Shown here one piece after another: positions 17,925 through 27,285 of a stretch of DNA of 46,361 nt. The first letter of the stretch is position 1. Each line of letters begins with the position of its first letter. The notes under the pieces are model-generated. The model saw only the letters and a list, made by a program, of their open reading frames with translations. It was not told the origin of the DNA and searched no databases. This DNA comes from Terriglobales bacterium (lineage in GTDB: Bacteria; Acidobacteriota; Terriglobia; Terriglobales; Acidobacteriaceae): positions 1-46,361 of the forward strand of contig DATCCF010000088.1 in the NCBI GenBank assembly GCA_036511435.1. The letters are read 5' to 3'. Made by a program: the position numbers and the translations under genes.

Positions 17925-19304
17925 GTGAGGATTCGTGTCCCAAGGGGAGTGGTATTTGTAGCGGCCCTTGTTGCGGTCGTAATTCCTGTCTCGCGCTACG
18001 CCTACACGTGGCTCCGCGACATTTCTGCCGACAAACACATCAATACTTCCGGTCGTTCGGAGCATCCGGAACGTTCCACGGATCCGCAAGTCCTCCTGTC
18101 GGCGGCCAATCGCCTTTACTGGCTAAATAACGGGCCAAAAGCTGCCCCGTTGTACGCGAAAGCCGAGAGTCTCTTCGCAAATCGAGGCGATACTCGGAAT
18201 GAGCTCTACGCCAAGATTGGCCGCCTCAGGTCAGAAGCCGAGACGATGTCTTTCGTCGATCTTTCGCGATTCTTGAACGACCAGTTGCAGAACCCGATCA
18301 TGCGTAACGATCCCAAGTTGCGCGTCTGGTGCCTCGCCGCAAAGGGGTACACCGACATCGAGATTGATTATCGAGCGGAGAAGCAAGACTGGTTGGAGGC
18401 CCAACAGATCGCAAAGAGTCTGGGGAACGATCGTTTAGCGACCAGGGCCTCCGGTGAATTGGGCGTAATCGCTTTCCTGGAGGGAAATTCCAGCCGGGCG
18501 GCGAAGCTCTTGGGCGGAGCCCTCGTCTCCACGATGGCTAATGGCGACGAGGGCGGTCAGATTCGCTTTTTGGAAATGCTAGGAAACGGCCTGGTAGAGG
18601 TCAACCGTCCCTCTGACGCTCTGATGTTTTTTGAGAGGGCTATCAAGATAGCGGAGGCTGACGAAGATTCCGGACTTCCTTTCATGGGGTACGAGGGAAA
18701 GGCGCAAGCGCTGGTTGCCTTAGGGAGACCAGATGAAGCAAAGAGGGTGCTGCAGGACGCTCTTGCAAAGGCCCGATCGCAACAGAAGCGCGGCCATGAG
18801 GCGCAACTGCTGATTGTCCTCGGCAAGCTCGCGGCGCAAACCGGAAACAAACAAGAGGCCATCGCCGATTTGGAGGATGCGGGGCAGTTCGCAGCAAGAG
18901 TCCAGTTCTACCGAATGGAAGCTGACGCCATGTTCGAGCTAGCGAAGCTTTATCGTGATTCCGGAGATCTCGCCGCCGCAGACGATCGTGCGACACAGGG
19001 TCTGGTCGCGAGCCAGCGTGTCGGAGATCGATACTACGTACCGCGGAACTTAACAATTTTGGCTGACTTGAAAGCACGACGCGGGCGCATTGCAGAAGCG
19101 AAGGCACTTTACAAGCATGCCGAAGACGTCATTGACGGCATGCTTGGCGGCGATGACTCCTATTGGAACAGTTCCATCGCCGCTGCCATGAGCCAGACTT
19201 ACCTCCAACACTTCGAACTCGTTGCGAAGGAGGCTGACACAGCCGGTGACGGCGTCTCCAGGCCTGAAGTACAGGAGGATGGCGGGCAGGGGAAGATCCA
19301 ATGA
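17925..19304 (+). CDS. TPR-repeat protein, apparently 3'-truncated (expected CHAT-type C-terminus missing)
   Basis: N-terminal TM, then multiple TPR-like repeats. The last ~20 aa (..DGVSRPEVQEDGGQGKIQ) look non-native. The ORF overlaps the convergent ORF 19050..20141 by 255 nt. Confidence 0.55.
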   Translation: MRIRVPRGVVFVAALVAVVIPVSRYAYTWLRDISADKHINTSGRSEHPERSTDPQVLLSAANRLYWLNNGPKAAPLYAKAESLFANRGDTRNELYAKIGRLRSEAETMSFVDLSRFLNDQLQNPIMRNDPKLRVWCLAAKGYTDIEIDYRAEKQDWLEAQQIAKSLGNDRLATRASGELGVIAFLEGNSSRAAKLLGGALVSTMANGDEGGQIRFLEMLGNGLVEVNRPSDALMFFERAIKIAEADEDSGLPFMGYEGKAQALVALGRPDEAKRVLQDALAKARSQQKRGHEAQLLIVLGKLAAQTGNKQEAIADLEDAGQFAARVQFYRMEADAMFELAKLYRDSGDLAAADDRATQGLVASQRVGDRYYVPRNLTILADLKARRGRIAEAKALYKHAEDVIDGMLGGDDSYWNSSIAAAMSQTYLQHFELVAKEADTAGDGVSRPEVQEDGGQGKIQ

Positions 19305-20141
19305 GTGGTAGCTGCGCTGGGATTCGAGCCATTCTTCGTCCAGTGGTGGTCGGTCCATCGAGTGGGAGATGCGGTGCAGTTCTAGGGTTGCTTCGACCAG
19401 CTCCTTCAGCGCCGGTTCAGTCGGTGCCGGGAAGGAATCCAAGGATTGTGAGGACTCTGACGATTCGCGGCTTTTGAGGCACTCGGGCAGGTCTTGGTCG
19501 AGTTTCGGGATCTCGTAAGAATCGGGGTCTTCCTCCCCTTCCTCCCATTCGACCATCTGCTCGATCCGGTTGCGGGCGTCCCAATCGTCATAGACCCGGA
19601 TCCAGCGATAGAGTGCTTGGCGCAGGGTTTCGTAGAAAGCCACTCCCATTCCTGGATGGCACGCCTCCAGTTCTTCAATCGTGCTCCCAATGCGCAACGG
19701 GAAGGACGACTCGGTGTTGAGCACCAGAAATAGGTGGCCATTGGAATCGGCACCAGAGTCGGAGTACCGGGCGTCGAAAATGGATTCTCCCAGCGTTAGG
19801 TACAACTCAAAGTGCTCAGCAATGACTTCCTGCCCGCGGTTTCGGAGAAAACAGCGGAACACAGAGTCGACCAGGGCGGCAGGAATTTTTCCTGCCGCGA
19901 TCCAGTCGGATTCAGTGGCGAGGTCGATTTCGACCAAGGCCTGAGCCAAGGAGTTTAGGTCGGAGCAGCCGAAGGTGATTCGGTTTCCGGCGTGGCCTAC
20001 TTCCAGCTTGGGTATTCCGATCAGGCTGGCGGGATTGGCCAGATACCCGCCCCGGGGAATACGGGATCTCCGCTTCCTTGCATGGAGAGAGCCCGTGCGA
20101 GAACACTGCTTGCTTCTTGCGAGTCTTTGCATTCGAGCCAC
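19050..20141 (-). CDS. PRTRC system protein F-like, probably 3'-truncated or fused
   Basis: Called from its position after PRTRC E and C homologs and from general resemblance (memory of TIGR03742). The last ~65 aa are antisense to the TPR gene. Confidence 0.5.
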   Translation of the reverse strand: MARMQRLARSKQCSRTGSLHARKRRSRIPRGGYLANPASLIGIPKLEVGHAGNRITFGCSDLNSLAQALVEIDLATESDWIAAGKIPAALVDSVFRCFLRNRGQEVIAEHFELYLTLGESIFDARYSDSGADSNGHLFLVLNTESSFPLRIGSTIEELEACHPGMGVAFYETLRQALYRWIRVYDDWDARNRIEQMVEWEEGEEDPDSYEIPKLDQDLPECLKSRESSESSQSLDSFPAPTEPALKELVEATLELHRISHSMDRPPLDEEWLESQRSYHSLDLPLPAILLYFRPGDAVTGCVSLLRNEFEVLEVSLAHGSGDGTVPIGVIAAKHAVNDVFGMLVKCLRFCNAPASCFQVSQNC

Positions 20142-20240
20142 CTGCGGATCAGTCCGGTCAGAGGGTTGGCACTGGCCTGCCGACCCTCTGATTCGCGGAT
20201 TTCTTGTAACAGCGATTGTTTGCTGGCGTCCGGCATCTCA

Positions 20241-20444
20241 TCAGCCCTTCGAGCCGATGGCCCGCTCAAAGCTGTAACGCAACCGGTCGCCAGCCGTTTC
20301 AGGCCCGGTAATGGCTGCATTGGTCAGCTCCGGAAACTGAGTGGCATAGAACGAACGGACCTCTTCAATCGAAAACTTGGGGTTCGGGTCCGCCAGAGTG
20401 GTGCCGTGATAAACGAACTCGCGTTCGACCAGGTTGATTTTCAT
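20241..20444 (-). CDS. PRTRC system protein C (small ubiquitin-like)
   Basis: 67 aa; REFVYHGTTLADPNPKFSIEEVRSFYATQFPELTNAAITGPETAGDRLRYSFERAIGSKG matches my recollection of the PRTRC_C family, including the C-terminal G-x-K-G. Confidence 0.75.
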   Translation of the reverse strand: MKINLVEREFVYHGTTLADPNPKFSIEEVRSFYATQFPELTNAAITGPETAGDRLRYSFERAIGSKG

Positions 20445-20887
20445 GATGCTTCACCTCCCTCTTGTGCTGCCCTCGTCTCCGCTTGCGCCATCGGCGCGAA
20501 CAGCGACGGCGCCTCCGGTTCCGGTGGGGCAGTCGTCGTCGCTGGTGTCGATTGAGTTGTTGGACTGCTCACGCTAGACGGCTTCGAGGTTTTCTTCCGT
20601 GCCTCTTCGCGAGCCGCTTTTGCGGCTGCATCCATTTCGGCTTTGGCAGACGCCAGGGTGGTTCGGAGTTGCAGGTGCGCCCCAGTGAATTCCACCAGTT
20701 GCTGAGGAAGGTCGCGGTCGAGTTCCTCGGCTGTGCCGGTGATTGCTAATGGGGTGGTGAGGGCGTTGTCTTCGGTGTCAGACGCCTTCTGCGGAACGAC
20801 GGTGGCTCTGATCGTATCGCCCTCAACAAGGGAGATCGTCAGTAGCAGCCTGCGTTTCCGCAGCAATGGCATCAGTTCTGTGAACAT
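20441..20887 (-). CDS. PRTRC system protein E
   Basis: MFTELMPLLRKRRLLLTISLVEGDTIRATVVPQK...NALTTPLAITGTAEELDRDLPQQLVEFTGAHLQL matches PRTRC_E (memory). ATG at 20887 preceded by GGAGGAG. ATGA overlap with protein C. Confidence 0.7.
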   Translation of the reverse strand: MFTELMPLLRKRRLLLTISLVEGDTIRATVVPQKASDTEDNALTTPLAITGTAEELDRDLPQQLVEFTGAHLQLRTTLASAKAEMDAAAKAAREEARKKTSKPSSVSSPTTQSTPATTTAPPEPEAPSLFAPMAQAETRAAQEGGEAS

Positions 20888-21056
20888 GGGTTCTCCTCCG
20901 CGTATAACGCGTTGCAGGATTCGATTCAATCGCAATGGGATGCAAACGGCCTTGAGGATTGGCCTAGCTCGTATACCTCAGGTCCTAGCGCAGGCACCGA
21001 CCGGGCGCTACTCAGACACAGTGGGTCTGCCACGGCAAGCGATGCCGGCTAACGAG

Positions 21057-22196
21057 TCAGCGACCTGAGGCGGATCGCGCGGAAGCTTCCAATATTCGCG
21101 CCTTGGTCCACCTGTAGACCTCATCTTTCCTTGATTGTGGCTTGACGATCCGCGAATGGTCGTAATCAAACGCAATGGGTGTCTCATCAGAGAGGTCGGA
21201 AGTGTAGAGAGCCGGAACGACGGCTACACCTGCGATCGGCTGAGTCTCATACGCGACGAACGTCAAAGGAAAGGGGCGAGCAGGCCCCCTTTGTCGGAGC
21301 ACCGTCGCCCAATCGCTCTGAATCGCTTGCAAGAAGCTTTGCGCGTCGCTAGGTCGCATGTCCCGAAACTGCGGATTGTGACTGACCCAGGCTGCGATCG
21401 AAGCTATCTCCGCACCAGCATTGGGAACCGCAAGAAAAATCGTCGCCCGGACGTGTTGAAGATATGGTCGCATGTCATCCTGACCGTTAAATGTTGAAAG
21501 CATGCGTTCAGTTATCAGACCACCCATGCTGTGTGCAATGAAGTAGATTTCGTCATAATCGCGAAAGAAATCCTCATCGCGCAATTGACGGCCAAAGCGC
21601 TCCGCAATTTGAGTAATGTTGGAGGCATTGCCCCGACATGGCGTAAGGTAACCGTAGACGTAAACATCGAAACTGACGAAATCCGGGTCATCGGCGACCA
21701 TCTCGGGCCAAGACCCTCGTGCTGTCGGACTCTTCCATGTGTTATCAATATCTCCTAGAACGCCGTGCACGAAAATTATCACCCGCTTATTTTTCTTTGG
21801 TGCAGAACTCCGCAAGTCAGAGGTTACAAAATGCGGTTCTGGAACTGGCAACGCCGGGCAGCGCTGTGAGTAGAGCCGCCACCCAGCGCCGATAGCAATT
21901 AGCGCTGCGACTGTAACTCCGGCAAGTACGTACCCTAAACGCCGACCTGGCTGGGTCGATTTAACTTGCGTATCGACTTCATCTCTCGAAGACGCATCGG
22001 ACGATTCCTCTGACGCCCCGAGCATTGATCGGATCAACAGGGTAGCGTCCGCGCCGGCTTGGTCCTTGGCAGCTACTCTCTCCTGGTAATACTGCTGAAT
22101 AATTTTCAGTTTGTTTGTGGGGTCTCGGTCGATGCGCGCATTCAACTCGTGCATCTGTCGGAGTAGAGCAGAGTCGCTGTCGCTCTGGCCTGTCAC
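21057..22196 (-). CDS. membrane-anchored alpha/beta-hydrolase (serine esterase/lipase-like)
   Basis: N-terminal cytoplasmic helix region, a TM (LGYVLAGVTVAALIAIGAGW), then VIIFVHGVLGD...IYFIAHSMGGLI (GxSxG nucleophile elbow) ...AFDYDHSRIV (candidate His). GTG start overlaps the upstream stop (GTGA). Confidence 0.7.
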   Translation of the reverse strand: MTGQSDSDSALLRQMHELNARIDRDPTNKLKIIQQYYQERVAAKDQAGADATLLIRSMLGASEESSDASSRDEVDTQVKSTQPGRRLGYVLAGVTVAALIAIGAGWRLYSQRCPALPVPEPHFVTSDLRSSAPKKNKRVIIFVHGVLGDIDNTWKSPTARGSWPEMVADDPDFVSFDVYVYGYLTPCRGNASNITQIAERFGRQLRDEDFFRDYDEIYFIAHSMGGLITERMLSTFNGQDDMRPYLQHVRATIFLAVPNAGAEIASIAAWVSHNPQFRDMRPSDAQSFLQAIQSDWATVLRQRGPARPFPLTFVAYETQPIAGVAVVPALYTSDLSDETPIAFDYDHSRIVKPQSRKDEVYRWTKARILEASARSASGR

Positions 22197-22558
22197 CTGA
22201 GTGCTGCCCGACGGAAAACTGGAATAACGTCCGCGTCGGCTGTGGCGAAGTATCTATTGAACCTGTCCGGGAGCGTCTCTGGAATCTTGGTCGGGTCCTC
22301 GAACTCGTTATCATCCAGCACGCCGGAAGGTGTTAATACTTTGTAGCGACGTTCAAGAAGACCGGCATGCTCCGCCTCGCCCAGCGCACCGGCCAGGTCC
22401 AACGGGTTGAAGCTTTTCAGTTCTTTGGCTAGGGCGGCCGGATTGATGACGTCAACCGAAGCATGCGCGCGGATCCACCCGTCCAGAGCCCTCAGGGCGT
22501 CTCCATAGCGTGGTGTCTTATTTGCTAAATCCTCGAAGCTGATCGGTGACATACTCAA
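22193..22558 (-). CDS. hypothetical protein (121 aa), middle gene of a three-gene operon
   Basis: TTG start in the ORF track; an ATG two codons later is an alternative. Overlaps the upstream gene by 41 nt and the downstream gene by 4 nt. No family recognised. Confidence 0.5.
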   Translation of the reverse strand: MSMSPISFEDLANKTPRYGDALRALDGWIRAHASVDVINPAALAKELKSFNPLDLAGALGEAEHAGLLERRYKVLTPSGVLDDNEFEDPTKIPETLPDRFNRYFATADADVIPVFRRAALR

Positions 22559-23558
22559 TATCCAAAGCCGAACAGTGGCTAGCGATGAGAACTTCGTGGG
22601 TTTCCTTTACACCCAAGAGAGTTCGCAATTCCCGAGAAGGAACGTTAGACGATTCGCTCGTCTTCCATCTTACCGCTAGCGCCTTCAGCTTGCCTCCATC
22701 ATTCACAAACTTGTTTACTGCGTTACGAGCGAGAGTACTCTGAAAAAGGTTACCTTGGTCGGAGATCGCTTGGAATTCCCCGATTACTTCATTCGTTTCA
22801 TCGATAACACCCGCATCTCGAAAATCGTAGACGTTTTCATGCCTGTGTGCTTCCAACACGATCCGTCGCATGCAGGGAGTCACAGGCCATTCAGAAAACT
22901 GCGCGCGCGTTAGGGCAGGCGATAACATCCGCCAGACCATTTGCTGCCATTCTTCAATTCTGCGGCGAGACTCGTCCCGCTGTATGCGGATTTCCAAGAG
23001 GTCCGGAGCGTTCCACCTGGCGCTCAACACAATTCTAAGGGGCTCCTCCACGAACTCTCGCCAGATGTAGCCACCAGGGCGATGTTCTACCTTGCCGGTC
23101 GCCCTCACAATCGCCTTCTGCCCGTAGATCTTGAGAAGCCAATCGTTGGGTTTCTTGCTGCCTGGAACCCGAAGATCGCTATACGAGAAACTGTCAGGAA
23201 TGAGTGTCAGATTCGGAAAACCGGCAACCATGCTTTCTTTCCGCGTGCCCCACAACTGTCGTGCCACGTTCTCGAGAGAAAGCGCTGCCGCTAATTTCTT
23301 GGTTTCGGGGCGATAGTAAAATATGTGCTGGTTTCCATTTTCTTCAGCATCTCTGATGAGATCGAATACTTCGGAGATGCTGACCGCATTTGAGGTGATC
23401 GCCTCGCGCAGGTTGCGTCGAACGAGGTCCTCTTTCTTCTCAGCGGTGATTCGAACATCTTTCGTTTTGTGGACACGAAGAAGGTCGCGAACCTGGTCGG
23501 CTGTGCAAAGATCCTCGACCAGACGCAAAGCTTCTTCTAGATGTTTAGGATCGGCCAT
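22518..23558 (-). CDS. hypothetical protein (~346 aa), first gene of a three-gene operon
   Basis: Long ORF, no motif recognised. ATG at 23558 (MADPKHLEE...); the ORF is open to a TTG at 23582. Confidence 0.55.
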   Translation of the reverse strand: MADPKHLEEALRLVEDLCTADQVRDLLRVHKTKDVRITAEKKEDLVRRNLREAITSNAVSISEVFDLIRDAEENGNQHIFYYRPETKKLAAALSLENVARQLWGTRKESMVAGFPNLTLIPDSFSYSDLRVPGSKKPNDWLLKIYGQKAIVRATGKVEHRPGGYIWREFVEEPLRIVLSARWNAPDLLEIRIQRDESRRRIEEWQQMVWRMLSPALTRAQFSEWPVTPCMRRIVLEAHRHENVYDFRDAGVIDETNEVIGEFQAISDQGNLFQSTLARNAVNKFVNDGGKLKALAVRWKTSESSNVPSRELRTLLGVKETHEVLIASHCSALDIEYVTDQLRGFSK

Positions 23559-23690
23559 TTTGTCTATGCGCCGGGACAGCAACTATAGCATGAACGTGAC
23601 AACCGGCGAAATATTGGGCTGAGGTTCGACTTTTCTGGCTGCTACCGTCTCAGCCGCAGCCTATGATCGTTTACTTGTGATCCTGGATTT

Positions 23691-23993
23691 TCACCAACCC
23701 TTGCGGAGCTCAAATCTGCCGTCTTCCTCAAGCAGACTGAATTTGTACCGCTTGCCCCTGAACCCTACCTCGATCCCAGCGCCGAACCTGACGTAAAGGA
23801 GCTGTTCCGGTGTAACGCCAACGAGTTTTCCGCCAAAAGACTCTGGAAATCCGCGCTCAGAATACTGACCAAGATCTGCTTCTGCCACAATAGTGGTGAT
23901 TGCGCTTCTACGCTGGTATTGCTGAGCATCAGAGTCAATGAGGCTGGTGATCGAAAGAAGATATTGCATCGAAAAGACCCTACACATTCCCAC
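23691..23993 (-). CDS. small hypothetical protein downstream of the SNF2 gene
   Basis: ORF begins 15 nt after the helicase stop on the same strand. Start ambiguous (23993, 23987 or 23969). No family recognised. Confidence 0.35.
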   Translation of the reverse strand: MGMCRVFSMQYLLSITSLIDSDAQQYQRRSAITTIVAEADLGQYSERGFPESFGGKLVGVTPEQLLYVRFGAGIEVGFRGKRYKFSLLEEDGRFELRKGW

Positions 23994-24008
23994 TTGGTAC
24001 AGCCATGA

Positions 24009-26705
24009 CTACTGCCATCCCTTCATCAGCGCATCCCGTCGACTGGTGTTCTCCAGGACCTTCGTGCATGATTCCCAAGGCACCTTTTCAATTCGGTCGT
24101 ATTTGATTTCGAAGGGGTGCTGTTCGGGCAGAGCATTGATGGTTCTCTTGGCGCTCTCGATCTTGCCCAGCGCCACATCAATCCATACATCTTCAAGCAC
24201 ATCGGGGATTTGGCCGAACAATTGGTAGATCGACTGGAGCCGGCTGGAGAGAAGTTGATGCACTCGATCTTCCACCGAGTCCTTATAGCGCATGTTGTAG
24301 ACGTAGACCGTGTCCCGAAGTTGGCCGATCCGTTGGATGCGGCCTTTACGCTGCTCCAGACGCGTCGGATTCCAAGGAAGATCGAGGTTGATCAGCGTAC
24401 CAAGGCTTTGAAGATTCAACCCTTCGCTGGCTGCGTCTGTGCCGAGCAACAAGCGGATCTCATGTCGCCGGACCATCGCCTTCAGATCTTCGCGATCCTT
24501 TCGGGCATACTCCCCGTGCTGGATGACTCCTGACTTCTGGCTGCCTGCGTAAATCCCAATCAGTTCAGCCGGAAGCTCCGCCGAAAGGAGGTTGGCAAGC
24601 CACCAAACTGAGTCGAAGTACTGCGAAAAGATGATGCAGCCAAGGTTGAGCCAACCGCGATTCCGGAGTACGTCTCTTACGACCTCAAACTTCGGATCGC
24701 GTTCGCGGTTCGCCTCCAAGGAGTCCAGTAGCTCTTTGAGCTTTTGGCGCTCTGCCGAGGTGAGCGATCGAGCAGAATCAGGAGTCTGGTCATCACCGTC
24801 GCTGTCGTCATCTTCCTCGTCGAGGTCCTGCCATTCACCGAGCAGCTTCTGGGCAGTATTCATTCCTGCTTCAATGCTGCTTCCAATTCGTCGGAGTAGA
24901 AGCGTCTTCAGGAAACCGCTCGCCTGCATTCTGTGGCCCAACAATTCACAGAACTCTTCGGCCTTGTGGTAGGCGTCCATGAGATATGGAGGTAACTTAA
25001 CCGCCTCTTCGTCGCCCTCCCCGAACAGCTCTACTCTCACCGGCTTCAGATACGGTTCCCCGGTTTCAGGATCTGTCGTGTTCTCCAGGAACTCGCGGGT
25101 GCGTCGGACGATGTGCCGAATGAAGGGGTTGTGTTGCTCCACAAACACCTTGCCAACTCGACGAACCCTGGCCAAGTCTGGCTGCGACAGACTCCAGAGC
25201 GATTCCGGCGATGCCACGCAGTCTTCTTCGCGGAGCCGTAAAGCGCGGCGCATCAAAAGGAAGTCGTTCGATTCCGAGGCAGGCGGCAATGGGTTCCGCA
25301 TCCAGTCCCAGGCTTCATCTTAATCCTCGGGCAGCGTCCTCTTCACCATCACCATGTTCAGGGCTTCATCGGCGCGCCTCCAGTAGCTGCGCCAATTGTT
25401 ACCGAGCACGGATTCATTGTTGACTGCCAAAGCGTTGAGCAAATCCCAAGCCTCGATTGGGTACATCTGCACCGGCGTGGCCGTTGCCAGCAGCAAGCTC
25501 TTCGTGCGAGGAGAAATCGCGTAGAGGAACCGGAGCAAGTTGTTGGGATCGGGTTTCTCGCTATCGCGATTCGGCCCTAAGTTTCGCCGGCGTGCCCGGT
25601 GGCATTCATCTACCACCACACACTCGAAGGTCATTTCCTTGAGGATGTCAGCTACGTCAGAATCCCGAGTGATGAGTCCCTGGGAGATAAGTCCGACCCG
25701 GCGTGGGCAGCGCTTCACGCCTTCTGAACCGGCCACTGGGTGCTCGATTCCGTTCTCGTCAACCCAAGCTTTGCCAGTCCATACGGCGGAAGGCATGTCG
25801 AGCAGGGTCTTCATCTCGTCTTGCCATTGCCACAACAGCAGCTTCGGGGCGAGGACGAGAATCGGCCTGTCGCCGTAAAGAGCCGCCAGCATTGCCGACA
25901 GGGCGAGCTGGATCGTCTTCCCCAATCCGACCTGGTCCGCCAGAACGAAGCGGGCGCCATGTGGTCCACGGTGGGCATCGAACGCCAGATTGACGAAGTA
26001 TTTCTGGTGCTCCCACAATCCATATTCACGCCGATAGACAGGCGATTCCACGATCGTCGCCGCGGCTTCGGGCGCCTGCCGCCATACGTCGACTCCAGCT
26101 ATAACCGTTCGATGAGCAAGTCGTCCAATGTCCTCTATTACGAAGTCGGCCAGAGCCACCGCCGCTGGGCAGGTCCAGAGCGCATCAAACTCCTCCTGCA
26201 CCCAAGCGACCGCATCAGGAGAGTCGTCCTCCCACACAAGTTCGTAGTTCAACTTCCACGCCGCCAACGTCTCATTCGTGCTGCCCAGGAATGAAGTGCG
26301 AGTGCCGTCTGCCATGGTCACAACGCCAGCCTTGCCGTGCACCAAACCGAATTTCTCGGAGGGCAGTACCTTCACCTGCATCTTGCCGGAGCGGAGGAAA
26401 TCAAAGAGTCGACGAAACCGCTTCGGAGAATTCTCGTGAATCAGTTTTTCCGGTTCCGACGCGCACCACTCCCGCCGCATTGCGAGGTTGGCGGCGCGCG
26501 CTGTTTCCACATCCCTCGGGTTGAGGTCGGAATTGCACACCACCCGGATCAGGCCTGAGATGGATTCCAGCGCCTCGCCGGCAACTTCCAGAATGGAGGA
26601 GCTGAAGTAACCGGCTATGCGGTCGTAGCTTCGAGCCCCAATCAGTCTTTGGTTCAGGAATGAATGATCCAGCGGTTGCCTGCGTGATGAATATCGGTTT
26701 GCCAT
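24009..26705 (-). pseudogene. PLD-nuclease::SNF2-family helicase, interrupted by one in-frame TAA
   Basis: N-terminal HKD motif (LVHGKAGVVTMADGTRTSFLGSTNET). SNF2_N motifs (LADQVGLGKT, VVDECHRARRRN, LLLATATPVQ). Helicase C motifs (LLGTDAASEGLNLQ..., QRKGRIQRIGQ). ORFs 25320..27053 and 24009..25301 share a frame: ...KRTLPED-TAA-DEAWDWMRNPLPP. The ATG at 26705 fits the PLD N-terminus. Confidence 0.8.
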
Positions 26706-26758
26706 AGGTGCGGTTACACGCTGTCGTTTTCTAAAGCACCAGCCACGAGTCCAGCCGC

Positions 26759-27188
26759 ATGACCGTCGTCCTTCCACGTGGATATCTTCACTTCCATGGA
26801 GGCCAAGTAGCGCAGGATTATGATCAGGGACTTGCGCTGACCCCAGTACCCAGCCAATTCTGTTTTCAGCCAGTTCCGACCACCCATGCTGGACTCCCGT
26901 GGCTGAGGTACCTCCGTATGCGGGTACCCGGCGTGCACTTTTGGCCATTTGACGGCTGGGAGATTCCTGCAGGAAGGTCAGTCGTGGGCAGAAGTGTATC
27001 CATCTCTCTGGAGTAAAGGTTTCGCGCGAGAGGAGAGGAATGGCGATCAGCATGATGCCTTTTCGGTTGCAGCATGGATGCGTTACTCCGACCTTGATGG
27101 CAGGCTCGCGGACTTCTTGACTCCCGCGCTCACGCCTTCAGAGCAGGAGACAGCGCAGATTGAGGATTGGATACTTGGAGTTCAGTAA
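26759..27188 (+). pseudogene. frameshifted 3' remnant of a conserved hypothetical gene (possibly DUF429-like)
   Basis: Two overlapping frames join as ...VHFWPFDGWEIPAGRSVV / AEVYPSLWSKGFAREERNGDQHDAFSVAAWMRYSDLDGRLADFLTPALTPSEQETAQIEDWILGV, with the shift near 26985-26995. Only the C-terminal part of the family appears to be present. The family assignment is weak. Confidence 0.35.
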
Positions 27189-27285
27189 GATCTTGGGATG
27201 CGACAGTTTTGTAGGCCCAATGATTGTGGTCTGACGCAAGTACACCACACCAAAATGACACACAGGGTGGAAGGAGAAACACACC

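Noticed and set aside
26949-27188. 79-aa ORF as an independent small gene between the SNF2 gene and mcrB
   Set aside because: Its sequence continues, after a 1-nt shift, from the ORF starting at 26759. It is better explained as the C-terminal part of a frameshifted remnant.
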